DNA from: Lama glama
Taxonomy: Eukaryota
Assembly: GCA_028534125.1 (NCBI GenBank)
Contig: CM052817.1
Span: forward strand, 70,372,001 to 70,436,000
DNA length: 64,000 bases
Direction of reading: 5' to 3'
Under the pieces are notes generated by a model. The model saw only the letters and a program-made list of their open reading frames with translations, did no database searches and was not told where the DNA came from. The position numbers and the translations under genes are program-made. Positions 38,790 to 51,109 of this stretch are shown in pieces. The first letter of the stretch is position 1. Each line of letters begins with the position of its first letter.

Positions 38790-41617
38790 GTGAGGAACAG
38801 CAGTCTATTAAACACTGGAACCATTTATAGTAAGTATGGTAAAGTGAGAAGATAAGAAATCTGAGTTCAAGCCTGTGTTTGATTAACTAGTTTTATGACT
38901 TCCATTAATTTTAAGCCACTTGAACTCTCTGGGCATGTGCAGTAAAAGTGGTGTTGCACTGTCAGTCTGCACCCCTAGCTAGGTACTCACTTCAAAAACA
39001 GTAATTTGGTAACAAGGAGCACAGAGCAGAGAAGCATGAGATCATCTAGTGGGAGAACAACTCAGACGCCTGAGTGACAGATGATGGCCATAAACGGTGT
39101 CTCTTTTACTTGTGAAAAGCACATCTGAAAACTTTGGCTGACTGTTAACCTTGAGACAGCCTCTAGTTCCACTGGGAAACAACAAAGATCTCACTGGCTT
39201 GCTGATCTAGTCTACTTTGAGTTCTCGGTCTCATACACTTACCCAGATGATTTTAGCTGGGGCTATGCTGTTGCCTTCAGAAGTTCACCATTTACAGAAT
39301 CTTGGAAAGCAGTACAAGTGTTCCCTGCTCCTCTTCCCAGGCAAGAACAGCTGTGTAATGGCAAATCCATCAGACGTTCAGCTGCTTCTTGTCCCAGACC
39401 TCCGGGGTTGGCCTATCTTTCCAAGCAAATTTGAGCCTTCTCTCTCCTCTTTGTTCCCTGTGGCTACCTATGACTGGGGGTTGGATCTCAGAGCTGTGTG
39501 GTCTAGTAGGGATATTTGGGGCTAATAATATCCATTGTGCTTGGAAACTTACATTTGTATGTACCACAATAAAGTTCCTGGGTCGAATTTGCTTGTCTGT
39601 GCTGAAAACATCAGCAGACCTCTGAAAAGGAGCCAAAAGCTTAAAGTGAGAGAGAGGTTCTGTCTAACAGATGGTGTGGAGCAGAAGGTAACAGAGTCTA
39701 AGATGAGTGACTTACCTTTATTGTTGAAGGTCTGACCTTAAAAATATCATGAAGAAAGAAACCAGGAAATCAGTGTCACATGTTGATCTTCATTCCCAGG
39801 AAATTAAATCTTCTCCTCTACCTTTCTATTATCAGAATGGCTCATTAACAAAAACTGTAATGGAAAAAAAATTAATGCTTTCTCTAAGTTTGTCATGTAA
39901 AATCACTTATTAAATCATTTCTACTTGATTTCCTAGGGTGGAAATATTTGGCTGTGCTAACAATGCATCATCAAGCAGGGCCAGCAGTGGGTCTCTGTGT
40001 TTAAATGATTTTAGTAGATGTGGCTTTTGGCCTCCAGGAACATGACATCTGTTTTTGTTTGTTTTGTATAATAATATTCAGCAAATTCTTCTCCTTGTAT
40101 TCAGAAACTGTTGGCTGAACTTCATTTGATGGCTGGGTCTCTTTCAGTGTAGTATATATTTTTACTTAATGATGGAAAAAGTTGATGGATTAGTCAGAAT
40201 GCTTGAATGTTAGGCTGCATAACGATTACCATTTTTAATCATTGAGGTTCACTTGGCCAGAAAGTCCTTTGCTCCAACCCTTGTTAATAGAATCATTTAA
40301 AATATATTGGTTGATACTGGTTTGTTTTCTTAAAATGGGAAGTATAATTTTTTTTTAGTGCATTACTGCTATACTAAGGGTCATGTGGGGTATGGCAATC
40401 AGATTCTAAATCTGTTTGCACCATAGTACAGGGTGGATTGAAGACTGGGATGGATATGTACTAACCTTAGAACTTGCCATTGTAGCTACTACTTTTTATT
40501 AAATGACTGATACTGCATTCTTTTTCCTGAAAGCCAAATGAAGAAGCTAATTCAAGTTAATTTATGGTTTCATTTCACTGAGTTCCACTTAAATAAAATA
40601 TTATTGTTATATGGTCAATTATTATGAATTATGAGATATATTTGTGGCAAGGTTAACACAAGCAGGAAGAAAACTAATGTTTTGAAAACTTGAAAAGTAA
40701 GGCTTCTTAGAACTTACTTTCTTTTTGCCACACAGGTCTGCCTGTTTCCAGTGAAATCTAATTCCAAGCACCTCTTTTCATCTCTAAGAACTTAAGAACT
40801 CTGGCTCTGATTGTGTCTTTGCTTTGGTGACACCCTGGCGGCTTCTTTCTATTGCTCAGAACTTGTCCAAAAAAATGTGGAACATCCTGATGAGCTCAGT
40901 CTCTCTCATCAATCTCCAGGTCAAGTCTCCCTTTCTGAAGAGATCTTCTGATCCTTATGCCTGCTGCCCAAGGTGGTGGGCTCGGCTTTGGAGCAGGACT
41001 TAATTTTGCCTTATTCTAAATCATGTGCTCAATTGCTTTCTTCTTCTCAGATAGTGAAAAACCACCAAAGAATAGCTTAATGCATAAGGAAAAACAAATT
41101 TAGGGAAATGATCCACCTGCTTGTAAATAAAAGGCTCGTGTATATGAGGCAGCTAATTCTACACAATAGTAAGCACTCCTTCAATAAAAGCAAGAGAAAT
41201 GAAAAGATCCCAGGATTTCTTTGTCACACTTAAAAGTCTCCCTTACTCCAATCGCCTAATTTTTTAGAAGGGGTATTTGTTCTCTCTTATGATCTGGAAA
41301 TGCATGTGCCTAATTGAAATAAGATGTACGCCTTAAATGATGAAAATAAAAAGTGATCAAAATAGATTTTTGTTATCCGTTGGGCATTGGGAGTTTAAAT
41401 GCAAACTGCAATGGCTTGCAGTGCAGGGAATTAATTATTGGTAATTGAAGTTGTAAGCTTAATTCCCTGCTTGCTTCAATGAAAATGAATCCTTTTATTT
41501 AATATTGAAATAAGCACCACTAACCTCATGATCTAGGACAGCACATGCATTCAGCTATTAAGCAATAGTGAATGTTGAAAAAAAAAAAGCTTTATCTTTT
41601 AAATACTGAATTGTGAT

Positions 41618-41650
41618 TAAAACAAAACAAAACAAAACAAAACAAAAACA
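41618..41650. repeat. (AAAAC)n microsatellite
   Basis: About 6 units read directly. Confidence 0.9.
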
Positions 41651-42059
41651 TTGGGAGGTAGATACATTAACATAACATAGCAGATGGTGTTGGGTACCCG
41701 GAATAGATCTTGTTCTTGTTCACCTATTAGAAAACTCATTTTGTAGTCTAATAAAAGTCGAAACTATTAAAAAATAAATACATATATACTTTTGAAAACG
41801 TGTTCTCAGTAAAATGTTTTCATTGAAATGTATTGTTATATTGAAGCAGGGTGGCCATTTAAACTGTTGAGCAAGTAAATTCCCTGCCCAGTATTTCTGC
41901 TGTAAGGAGTTCTTTTCTTTCTGAGGGAATATTACAGCCAAACACGATGTGGACTTGGCTTTCTGCTCAGTCTCATCTCCGGTCTCTCTCTGTCTCTGTC
42001 TCTCAGTTCTGACCATCCAAAACTGCCCCTGGGCATTTATTTACACTTACTGTTAACTT

Positions 42060-42370
42060 AGGTCTGGTATTGCCTTCCCGGGCTCCCTATATCTGCCCTT
42101 TGCCTAAGCAACATCTTTTACTCCTCTTAGATCTCAGCTCAAACATTACACCTGAGATCTGGCAAGTCCTCCTCTTTTATATTCTTATCGCAGTAAGTCA
42201 TGTTGTAATTAGTTGTTTCACGCTTGTCCCTTCTGCCAAGCACAGTTTCAAGAAGGCAGGGACAGTGTCTGCCTTGTTCATAGCTAGGGCTCCAGTAACT
42301 AGTTCAGAGCCTTGCACATGCTGAGAATTAAGAAACATGTTTTGGGGGAAGGAAGGAAGGAGGGGAGAAA
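42060..42370 (+). mobile_element. L2 3' end
   Basis: agatctcagctcaaacattac...gaaggcagggacagtgtctgccttgttca...cagagccttgcacatg. Confidence 0.7.
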
Positions 42371-43800
42371 GGAAAAAAGGAAGAAGGCTGAATGTTACTT
42401 AAGGTCAGCCAGAGAGATCCTTGGCAAATTTCCTGTTTTATAGTCCTGAAGTATCCACAACAGTTATAATACAATTAATGATTTCTTTTTTTCATTTTTA
42501 TGGGAAATGAGTGGAATGAAGAGTTTCCAACTTTTTACTATTGTACTTCATACTAATCCCCGACTGCACCTTCGCATAAAACAAGTTATCCATATTTCAA
42601 TAATTAACACATGTAATTGTGTAATAAGTAACCTAATAAAATTTCTTGTTAAGAAATTACACTTGCATTCTGTTTAGCGTGTTTACTAGAGAAAAACAAC
42701 ATTGCATTTCCTCAAATGAGAAAGAATAGTTTGAATTTGCTCTCAGGGACCCTAATCATTTCTCACCTAGGAGAGGTAATGAGATGGATGCCTCTGTTCT
42801 TTAAATAAACAGCCATTGTGTGCATCAAGTTTGGTCGCAGGTTGTGGAAAAATCCCTCTGAGTCGGCTTCAAGGACCAAAATGCAGCTGCTCAGACTGTT
42901 CAAACTTTCAAAACTAGTTTTCTCAACAGCAGAGGGCTTAAATGAATACGTACTTGTACAATCTAAATATTGTTTCGCATTATCATGGAGAGAGAATAAA
43001 GGAGACAGAAGAACACTCTCTTTGGTCTTTATCTCAGTAACAAGAAACTACTGCCTCATTGCTCATTTTAAAAGAAGCAAAAGTGACCTAAATGGTTTTC
43101 TGGTTTAAGATGGTAGAATAAACTACACATCTGATTTTGCTTCTCTGAAAAATTCCACTAAAACTTGAGTAAAGAGATTTTCTTTAAAAGGCATAAACCT
43201 ACATGAAAGTGAACACAAGAGAATACAAGAACAGTAAAATTTTGGAATCTAGAAAGCAGACTGACAACCGGCAGCACCATACACCTCTACTTGGTGTAGC
43301 AGGTATAAAGGAGAGGCTAAAGCAACTAGGAGGCTAAGGTAGGGAGGGCTGGGTGAAAGCTGTTCCTCCAGGCCAGCTCTCTACATCTTTGCTCATATTG
43401 CACATTGCTATATTTTAATATATATAGTACTTATATTAAATAAATACACATACAAACTACATAGCATAATAGTTTATTCTCCCTATAATAGAAGCAAGTA
43501 CAGAAGGCCTCTGGACTGTGAGACATTAAACATAAATGAAGGTATGTTATTATTATCATACCAAATACAGAGAGATGTCATGACTGAATGCTAAGTACCA
43601 ACAACTTCTATCTCTTCCCTGACTTGGCTCCCAGAATGCCAGCCGCCGACCATTTCCCTCTAAGCAGGAGACTGGAAAATTCTTTTCTGCTAAACATAAC
43701 TAGCCTAAGAGAAGAGATTTGAAAATACTCACATCAGGAGTTCACCAGCAAGCAGCCCATCCTTATCACCTGACAGTGTCATTCAAAGGAAACAAACCTT

Positions 43801-44056
43801 GGGGTGGGGTGGGTATAGCTCAGGGGTGGAGTGCATGCTGAGCATGCAGGGTCCTCGGTTCAATCCCCAGTACCGCTATTAAATAAACAAATAAATAAGC
43901 CTAATTGCCCCCCCAAAATAAACAAAACAAAGTGGGGCAGAATTTAGAAATAGGTAATATTTATTAAATTAGGGACTCTACAATTATAGAAAATTTTTAA
44001 ATAAATAAATAAATAAAACCAAATTATTTCCTCCTCAAAATTAAAAAAAAAATAAA
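43801..44056 (+). mobile_element. Vic-1-like SINE with extended tail
   Basis: A box tatagctcagggg, B box cggttcaatcc; 15-bp TSD aaaggaaacaaacct (43785-43799) / aaaggaaacaagcct (44057-44071). Confidence 0.85.
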
Positions 44057-44220
44057 AAAGGAAACAAGCCTCATCAAAGTACTCAGGGCAACCAATTATA
44101 TTTCAGCTCCTAATTCTTAATCATGAACATATAAGAGAGTATGACCAAAAACTTGAGGAAGACCTCCAGCATAGACGACAGAGGTCAAAACCCATGAACA
44201 AAAAGAAAGTAACCTGGAGA

Positions 44221-44310
44221 AGGTGGAGGGTGTAGTTCAGTGGTAGAGCACATGCTTAGCATGCAGAAGGTCCTGGGTTCTTTCCTCAGTAACTCCGTTA
44301 AAAGAAAAAA
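44221..44310 (+). mobile_element. Vic-1-like SINE
   Basis: gtgtagttcagtggtagagcacatgcttagcatgcagaaggtcctgggttc plus a short A tract. Confidence 0.8.
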
Positions 44311-44529
44311 GTCAGACATTACTATAAATAAAACAGATAAACAACAAGGACCTACTGTATAGCACAGGGAACTATATTCAATTTCTTATAATAACATATA
44401 ATGGAAAAGAATCTGAAAAGAAAGAAAATATATGTATGTAGATGTATGACTGAATCACTTTGCTGTACACCTGAAACTAACACTGTAAATCAACTACACT
44501 TCAATTAAAATTTTTTTAATTTAAAAAAT
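44311..44529 (+). mobile_element. LINE-1 3' UTR fragment (same type as 570-780)
   Basis: aacaacaaggacctactgtatagcacagggaactat...gctgtacacctgaaactaacac...tcaactacacttcaattaaaa. Confidence 0.85.
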
Positions 44530-44559
44530 ATTTCTAACTTATAGAAAATGGAGACTAGA

Positions 44560-45370
44560 GAGAGAGAAGCAAGAGAGAACACTTCAACAAAACTATTAGT
44601 ATCTTCTGATCAGAAAAGATTACCCTTGTGAAACTTTCTTTTTAAAAGGTGCTATATAAAAGGAAAATTCAGTGAGTAAAAATAGCTCCTGAAAATTACA
44701 AAATAGCTAAAAATTTAAAAATTCAATAGAATTGGAAGATAACATTGAAAAAAGATCTGAGAAAGTAGAGCAAAAAGACAAAAGAGAAAGGAAAATAAGA
44801 GAAAAGACATAAGAAAAATAAAAGGAACAGACAGGAGGCATCTTAGTAACAGATTTTTTTCCTAGAAAAGAGCACAGAGAAAACAAAGTGAAAAATCTGT
44901 CAATAAAATAAGTCAACAAAAATTTCTCAGAACTAATGACATGAGTTGCTAGATGGAAAGGGCCCACTGAGTTCCCTACCACCCCTCTGTCTCCCCCAAA
45001 AAGACTGGAATAGATCTGTATCAAGGAACATGATTGTGAAATCTCAGAATACTGGGGACCAAGAGAAGATCCCATTAACTTTCAGAGAGGGAAACAAGTT
45101 ACATACGAGGGATCAGGAATCAGTACAACTTTAGATTTCTCAATCACAATAATGCAAGCGAGAAACACCTTCAAAATTCCCAAGGGAAAATATTCCTACT
45201 GCAATTCTAGATTCAGCCAAACTATCACATGCATATGAGGGAAGAATAAAGACATCTTCAGATATTTAAGGTCTCAAAGACTTAATTCCTATGTACTCTT
45301 TACCAAGGAGATAGTGAGAAGATGGTCCCTCCAAAATAAAAGAGAAAAATCAACAAAGGGAAAGACACGG
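44560..45370 (+). mobile_element. Ancient L1/HAL1 ORF1-like fragment
   Basis: Purine-rich decayed ORF1 motifs (aaaatttctcagaact, gatggaaagggcccactgag, gcaattctagattcagccaaactatc). Confidence 0.6.
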
Positions 45371-45609
45371 TGTACTGCAGAGTTTGTTTCTACACCGTAA
45401 CCTGTCATCGAGGCTGACCTTTGTGGACTGCATCACAGATTCACATGCCCTACGTTTGTGATCAGCCAGAATCGCCGGCAAGAAAACTGGAGGATAGGAG
45501 GGCAAAGACAGCTTAGGGCCCTGATGGGATCAAGCCACCTACAAGGTAACCATAGCATCCATCTGTCACTCATTTCTCATGGACTGAGAATTGAATTTGT
45601 GGTGCAGAG

Positions 45610-46880
45610 TTGGTTTTTTTTTTAATATTTTACAGCCATCAAAAAATTTCAGCTAGACATAAAAAATGTGTTTCTAACATGTCATGTGGTAGTCCACTTC
45701 CAATGGGTCAAAAATCCAGATTTATTGGAATTTTAAATAAAGAGACTGCTATTTTCCATACTGCTTCGTTCCAGAGTACTGAAAATATTTGTGCTCAGTA
45801 TTCTGAAGCAGACTCTATGAAAAGTGTTCTGAGTGTAGTTGTTCAAAAGTCATTTGGCATATATGCACAAATGCTATGAATCATTGCCAACTTATGGAAT
45901 TGTTTAAAGAAACAGAAGACAATGATTTTAGTGATTTTGTCAGTGCTCGTTGCCAATGCCCATTGATAATAGTCATGGAAGGAATTAAGCCCAACTTAAG
46001 GTTTTCCTGAGATGAAAGGAATGCGTGCTGAATATCTGATAACCAAAGGCAGAAAATAACAGTGTGATTTTCATTTTCTCACAGGTATCAAACTACATAT
46101 TGACAAACTACATTTAAAACTCCAAAAGAGATTATATTTGATTTAACTAGACAGGTACAAGAATTTATGTTGATACTGAAACTCTTTATAATACAAACCA
46201 ATAATAATGATTTTATACATTTTTCTAATATGAGTCAAAGTTCAGGAGATTCTAATTATAATTAATGGCATTATATAATTTGATTGTAAGAAGAAAAACA
46301 AGAAAAAATTTGAAGAATGCTTTGCTAGTATTGGTAAGTTTAGAGTAGCTTTTCAAATTATACAATACTGTTTTGAACTCAATATTTAATAATTCTAAGT
46401 AACAGGAGTTAGTGAATTTACTTAACTTGAATTAATGTGGTTTTAAAATTGACATGCTTTTGCTTCAAAGTCAAATAAATTATTCTAAAAAAGATGAACC
46501 AGTTTTGTCAACATGGATAAATATTAAAGGCAAAGTTTTTTGGAACTTAATACATTTATTGGAAATTTTTTAAGTATGTTAGAACAACTGAGGTATGTGA
46601 GTCTACCTTTTATGAAATATAAATATTTCCAATGAAAATGTATTATCTAAATTGAAATGTTCTGTAAGTGTAAAACACACACCGGATTTCAAGTACTTAG
46701 TATTAAAAAATTTTTAATATCTCAATAATAATTTTCTTTTTGGAATACATGTTAAAATGCTAATATTTTGGGTATATTGGGTAAAAATATTAATTTCACT
46801 TTTTATTCTTTAATGTGATTACTAGAATATGTTAAGCTACATATGTGGCTTAAAATTATATTTTTAGTGGACAGCATTGA
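45610..46880 (+). mobile_element. Charlie1-like hAT transposon, 3' part with decayed transposase
   Basis: Transposase-like stretch (atgaatcattgccaacttatggaattg; caactgaggtatgtgagtctaccttt) ending in the Charlie1/MER33 terminus gctacatatgtggct...gtggacagcattg. Confidence 0.7.
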
Positions 46881-47900
46881 TCTAGATATTAATCCTTTGT
46901 TAGTTTTCAATGCTGCAAGTATTCGCTCCCTGTCAGGTTTTTTTTTTTTTAAAGCATAGTCTGTTTTTGGTATCCTTCATTGAACATTGAAAAAGCCTTA
47001 ATATTGATGTACTTAAACCATCAATTTTTCTTTTTTTTTTTTTTTGACTTTAAGAAATTTATTTGTGCATAGTTCTTTCCAATACATCAAGTGCTCATCC
47101 ACACCTAACTCCTGCGTTGCCACATTTGTCCCTTGCCAGTAGCCCTGGGAATTAGGGTGCTCAGATGTGTTACCAATGTACAGAGGAGGAATCACTTGCT
47201 TAAAATGGCAGAAATGACCTACACAGAGTTTTCATTCCAAATTCTCCCAATCCTACATGATACACTCCAACTACTGCTGTAACCTCATCAAACTGAGCCT
47301 TTGTGGAAAGATCTTCACCAATAATGTGAGTTTGGGTACCTTTGGAATTCAACATATATGGATAATACAAATTCACATAAACCTTAAAATGGTAATCATT
47401 ATCTTTAAAAACATGAAAATGATAAGCCAGGAAGCTTACTGAGCCTGAGCTCTGAGAATAGAGGTTAATGCTCTGTCTTCAGTAAGGACCTAGCAGCCCT
47501 ACTGAAAAGCAGGACCATAGGACCAGGCTGGAGGAGGTCACTTATCATGGTAGCAGTGTAAACCATCAGTATTTTTCATTCACAATTTGTGCTTTCACAG
47601 TTTAGTAAGCTTCTCAAAGACATTCTTCATTTTCTTCTACTGGCTATGTATTTTTACCTTTCTCACCTAGGTTTTTAATCCATCTAGAGTTCATCTGTGC
47701 ATAGTGTTGAGTCAGAAGTTCAGCTTTTCTTCAGGTGAAGAGCCAGTTTACTTAATATCATATATCAAACAAGGCATCCTTTTCCATTTTTTGTGGTACC
47801 ACATTTATCATATATCAAATTCCCATAAACACAGCTCTATTTCTGAACTCTCCACTCTGTTCCATTGATCTGTTCCTATCCCAGAATCATACTGTAATAT
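46881..47900 (-). mobile_element. Old L1 ORF2 fragment, interrupted by a retrocopy
   Basis: Antisense L1 motifs (taggtttttaatccatctagagtt, ctctatttctgaactctccactctgttccattgatct) on both sides of 47031-47558. Confidence 0.7.
47031..47558 (-). pseudogene. Retroposed (processed) copy of an unidentified polyadenylated RNA, probably 3' UTR or lncRNA
   Basis: 15-nt poly(A) (T run 47031-47045), AATAAA 12 nt upstream (47058-47063, minus), TSD taaaccatca(gt)atttttc at 47014-47030 and 47559-47577. Body does not resemble a repeat I recognise. Confidence 0.75.
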
Positions 47901-48689
47901 TCCTTAATAACTGACAGTTTGAATCATTCTTTATTCCTATGCTGGTATCAGCTATAAACATCCCACCCAATGAGTTTCTATACTTTCCCTTTGCTTTGTC
48001 TTACCAGCTATAGGCTTTGGCCTTTTAAGTATTAATAATATATACTGCTGTTGAAACTTTCTTTGACTGCCTTTTCTTTAAGGAGGTTGTTCTCAGTGAG
48101 TCTTTCAGAACTGTTAATGAGTAAAAACCTGCCAGTTCATTTTTGACAGAGTTATCTGGTCTCATGAGCCAAACAGATTGGATAATACTTGAACCCCATA
48201 AACCAGAACCCAGTAAAATAATCCTCTCAGTATAAGACTTGTGTAGGGACTTGACCAATAATGAATGACCATGGATCTTTAGGAGTATCCTCCAGACTCC
48301 ACTATTTCAAATGGTGCAGCTACCAGCTATTTGCAACTGTGTTTCCAAAGGTCAGTAAAAGCAATTTGTGACAAATGCGTAAAGTCAAAATTATTTCATT
48401 CACTGATAAGCCACTCTGATGGATGGAGTAGCTAGGGCTCAATCATTCCTTATAAAGAATCTCCCATATGCCGGAGATTAGAATTTCAAATATACATGAA
48501 ATGCATTTTATTTATACATTTATACCTCACTTCATTCCTCAGAGAGAATTTAAATAAAATAAAATTAATAAAATATCAACCTTCCCCTTAAGGATTTCAC
48601 CATCTAATAATGAAAAACATACATCAAAACTATTACCATAGTACAAGTAGAAGTATTACAATACAGATATAACTCTAACAAAGTAAGAG

Positions 48690-49560
48690 ACAATTAATGC
48701 ATAGGTGGAGGGATTAAAGTATCATATTTGATCTGAAGATTGAAAAATAGTGAAAATTTTAACTTTAAAACAGAGAGATCCTGGGGCCATATCTTGATCA
48801 AGTGATCAAACTTCGCATCACTAATAGTGGGACAACCAGATACAACACACCTCCTGATATGGTGAAAGATACACAACATCACCCAAGAAGCAAGTCTTGC
48901 TAAAAATGTTTAGCACGAATCTAATCAAACCTTTAGACCTAACTTTCAGTTTACCAAAAGCATAGGAGATAGAGGAACTAGTTAAATAGTAACATAAGGC
49001 GGGGGTGGGTATAGCTTAGTGGTAGGGTGTATGCTTAGCAAGCACAAGGTCCCAGTACCTCCATTAAAAATTTTTTTAAGTAAATAAATAAATGAGGAAC
49101 ATAATTAGACAAACCCAGAATGTGAGACATTCTACAAGATAACTGGTCGGCAGCTCTCAAAGAGTCAATGTCATGATAAAGTAGTACACTGTTCTATATG
49201 GAAAGTGACTAAAGAAACCTAATAACCAAATATAACGAATGAACAACTTGATTTATCTTGTTTTTTCTTTAAAGAGACATAAAAGGCATTCTTGAAACAA
49301 TTAGATTAATCCAATATGGAATTACTATTAATTTTCTGAGGCATAATAATGGAATTGTGTTATATAGGAGTATATCCTTATTCTTAGGAATTGTATGGTG
49401 AGTGTTTAGCAGAGAATGTCATGATGAAAAATTTACTTGAAAAAATACAAGGCATTTACAGCAAAATGTTAACAATTATTGAATCCAGGCAGAGGATATG
49501 TGAGTTTCATTGTATGGTTTTTTAATTTTGATATACATGGAATTTTTTCATAATAAAACT
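48690..49560 (+). mobile_element. Old L1 3' UTR (L1MC/ME-like)
   Basis: gaatctaatcaaacctttagacctaac, cagaatgtgagacattctacaagataactgg, gagtatatccttattcttagg. Confidence 0.7.
48998..49092 (+). mobile_element. Vic-1-like SINE with deleted B box
   Basis: gggtatagcttagtggtagggtgtatgcttagcaagcacaaggtcccagtacctccattaaaa; approximate TSD aaatagtaacataa / aaatgaggaacataa. Confidence 0.8.
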
Positions 49561-51109
49561 TAGAATAACTTGATTCTCTCCTTTGGGTGATATTAATGTT
49601 AAACAATAAGAAAAGAGCAGGCATTGAGTAAGCAGAGAAGGGGAGCAGGGTGGATGACATCGTGGCAGATGGGAAAGCTTGAGCAAAGGCACAAAGGTAA
49701 AATCCTTGCGTATTAAGAGGCTAGGGAGTTGTCCCTGTAGGCTGTATAAAATTTATATCTAATACACCATGTGGATAATAAACAAACCTCTACTGAATAC
49801 CTACTACTATAATTGTCTCTGGTATCACTTAGAGTTCTTTGGTTGCCAGTGATAAAATTATCAGTTGATGTAAAAGCTGAACAGCGACGACTCAAGAAGA
49901 ACTGGAATAAAGGCATCTCTGGGGTTACAGGAATCAGTAACCAGTCTCCCCGTGGAGAATGGACCGACTCGAGTCTTTTCCCTTCTTTGGGTTCCTCTGC
50001 TCATGAGTCAAGCCCTAGGAAAGAGAGTAAGATCCAGACCCAAGCAGGTCCCTTAGCCTGGGCACTGAGGGACCCGTCTCTTATTGGGTGGCATTCTTGC
50101 TCACCTAAATTCAATTCTATTGAATTCTAGCTTATATTCTCTGGGAAACCCTTGAATCCTTCTCTTCTTGCTGGTTAGCCAGAGCTGGCTCGCCATCAAA
50201 TAACCACAATACAATTTTCTTTGTCTCTGTTTTATTTATAGTTAGACTCTTGGACATTTCTACATCATACACTCCATGACACAATTTCTTGTGGTTTATT
50301 TTTGCCTGAATCTTTATGGTAGGTATGAAATTAGGTTTTTAAAAAAATGTTCTTCCCTCTACATTTGGATGGGTATAGCGGTTAAGGACAGTAAGTACAA
50401 GAAGGTAAGGGCATGAGATAAAGAGAAGGAGACAGAAAAAAGAGGAGAGAAGAAAAGAAGAGGAAAGAACTCGAGAACAATTTTGGTGTTGGTTAAATTT
50501 GTTAAACATGCTATGCAATCTTACCTTAAGGAGTTTAGGACAGGTAGAAGCAATGGTTTGAGAACTGGTACAGTGCTGAAAAATGGGTATTGTGGGGAGT
50601 GGGGATAAGGTGGAAATTATGGTTAAATGGGCAAGGCTTTAAGGATTTCCAGATCTTTCAGAGAGGAGAATGAATATATGCAAAGTCTAGATAAAATCCT
50701 CAGGACTCATGAGAACCCATGTTCTGAGGTAATGAAGCTTGGGCCTACAATAGTTACAAGAACTACCAAAAAATTTTTTGCTTTTTAAAAAAATTAGGGT
50801 GAATAAATATTGCTTAGATATGTTTGGGGTTGGAGTTAGGAAATATAAAGTTGGTAAAGCAGGACAAAAAAGTAGGGGGGGTGGTTCTTGAGGGACAAGG
50901 ACTGCTGTTTCACTTGTCTCCCTGCAGCCCCAGGCTCTGCACCTAGCACCAAGAAAACATTCAAATGCTTGTGAGTAAGCAGATATGTGGATAAATGAAT
51001 AAACGAAGTAGCAAAAATCAGAATTTGTGGGCTATTTTAAAGAACTCCAGAGATGCCACAAATTTGCAAGGGTAGGATGACCATGGAGGGAATAGTTCAG
51101 TTTCACTAG

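Noticed and set aside
45371..45600. Possible LTR33-like ERVL LTR fragment (also an MLT1-like patch at ~49820-50080)
   Set aside because: Similarity too weak to support a family call or boundaries by eye.
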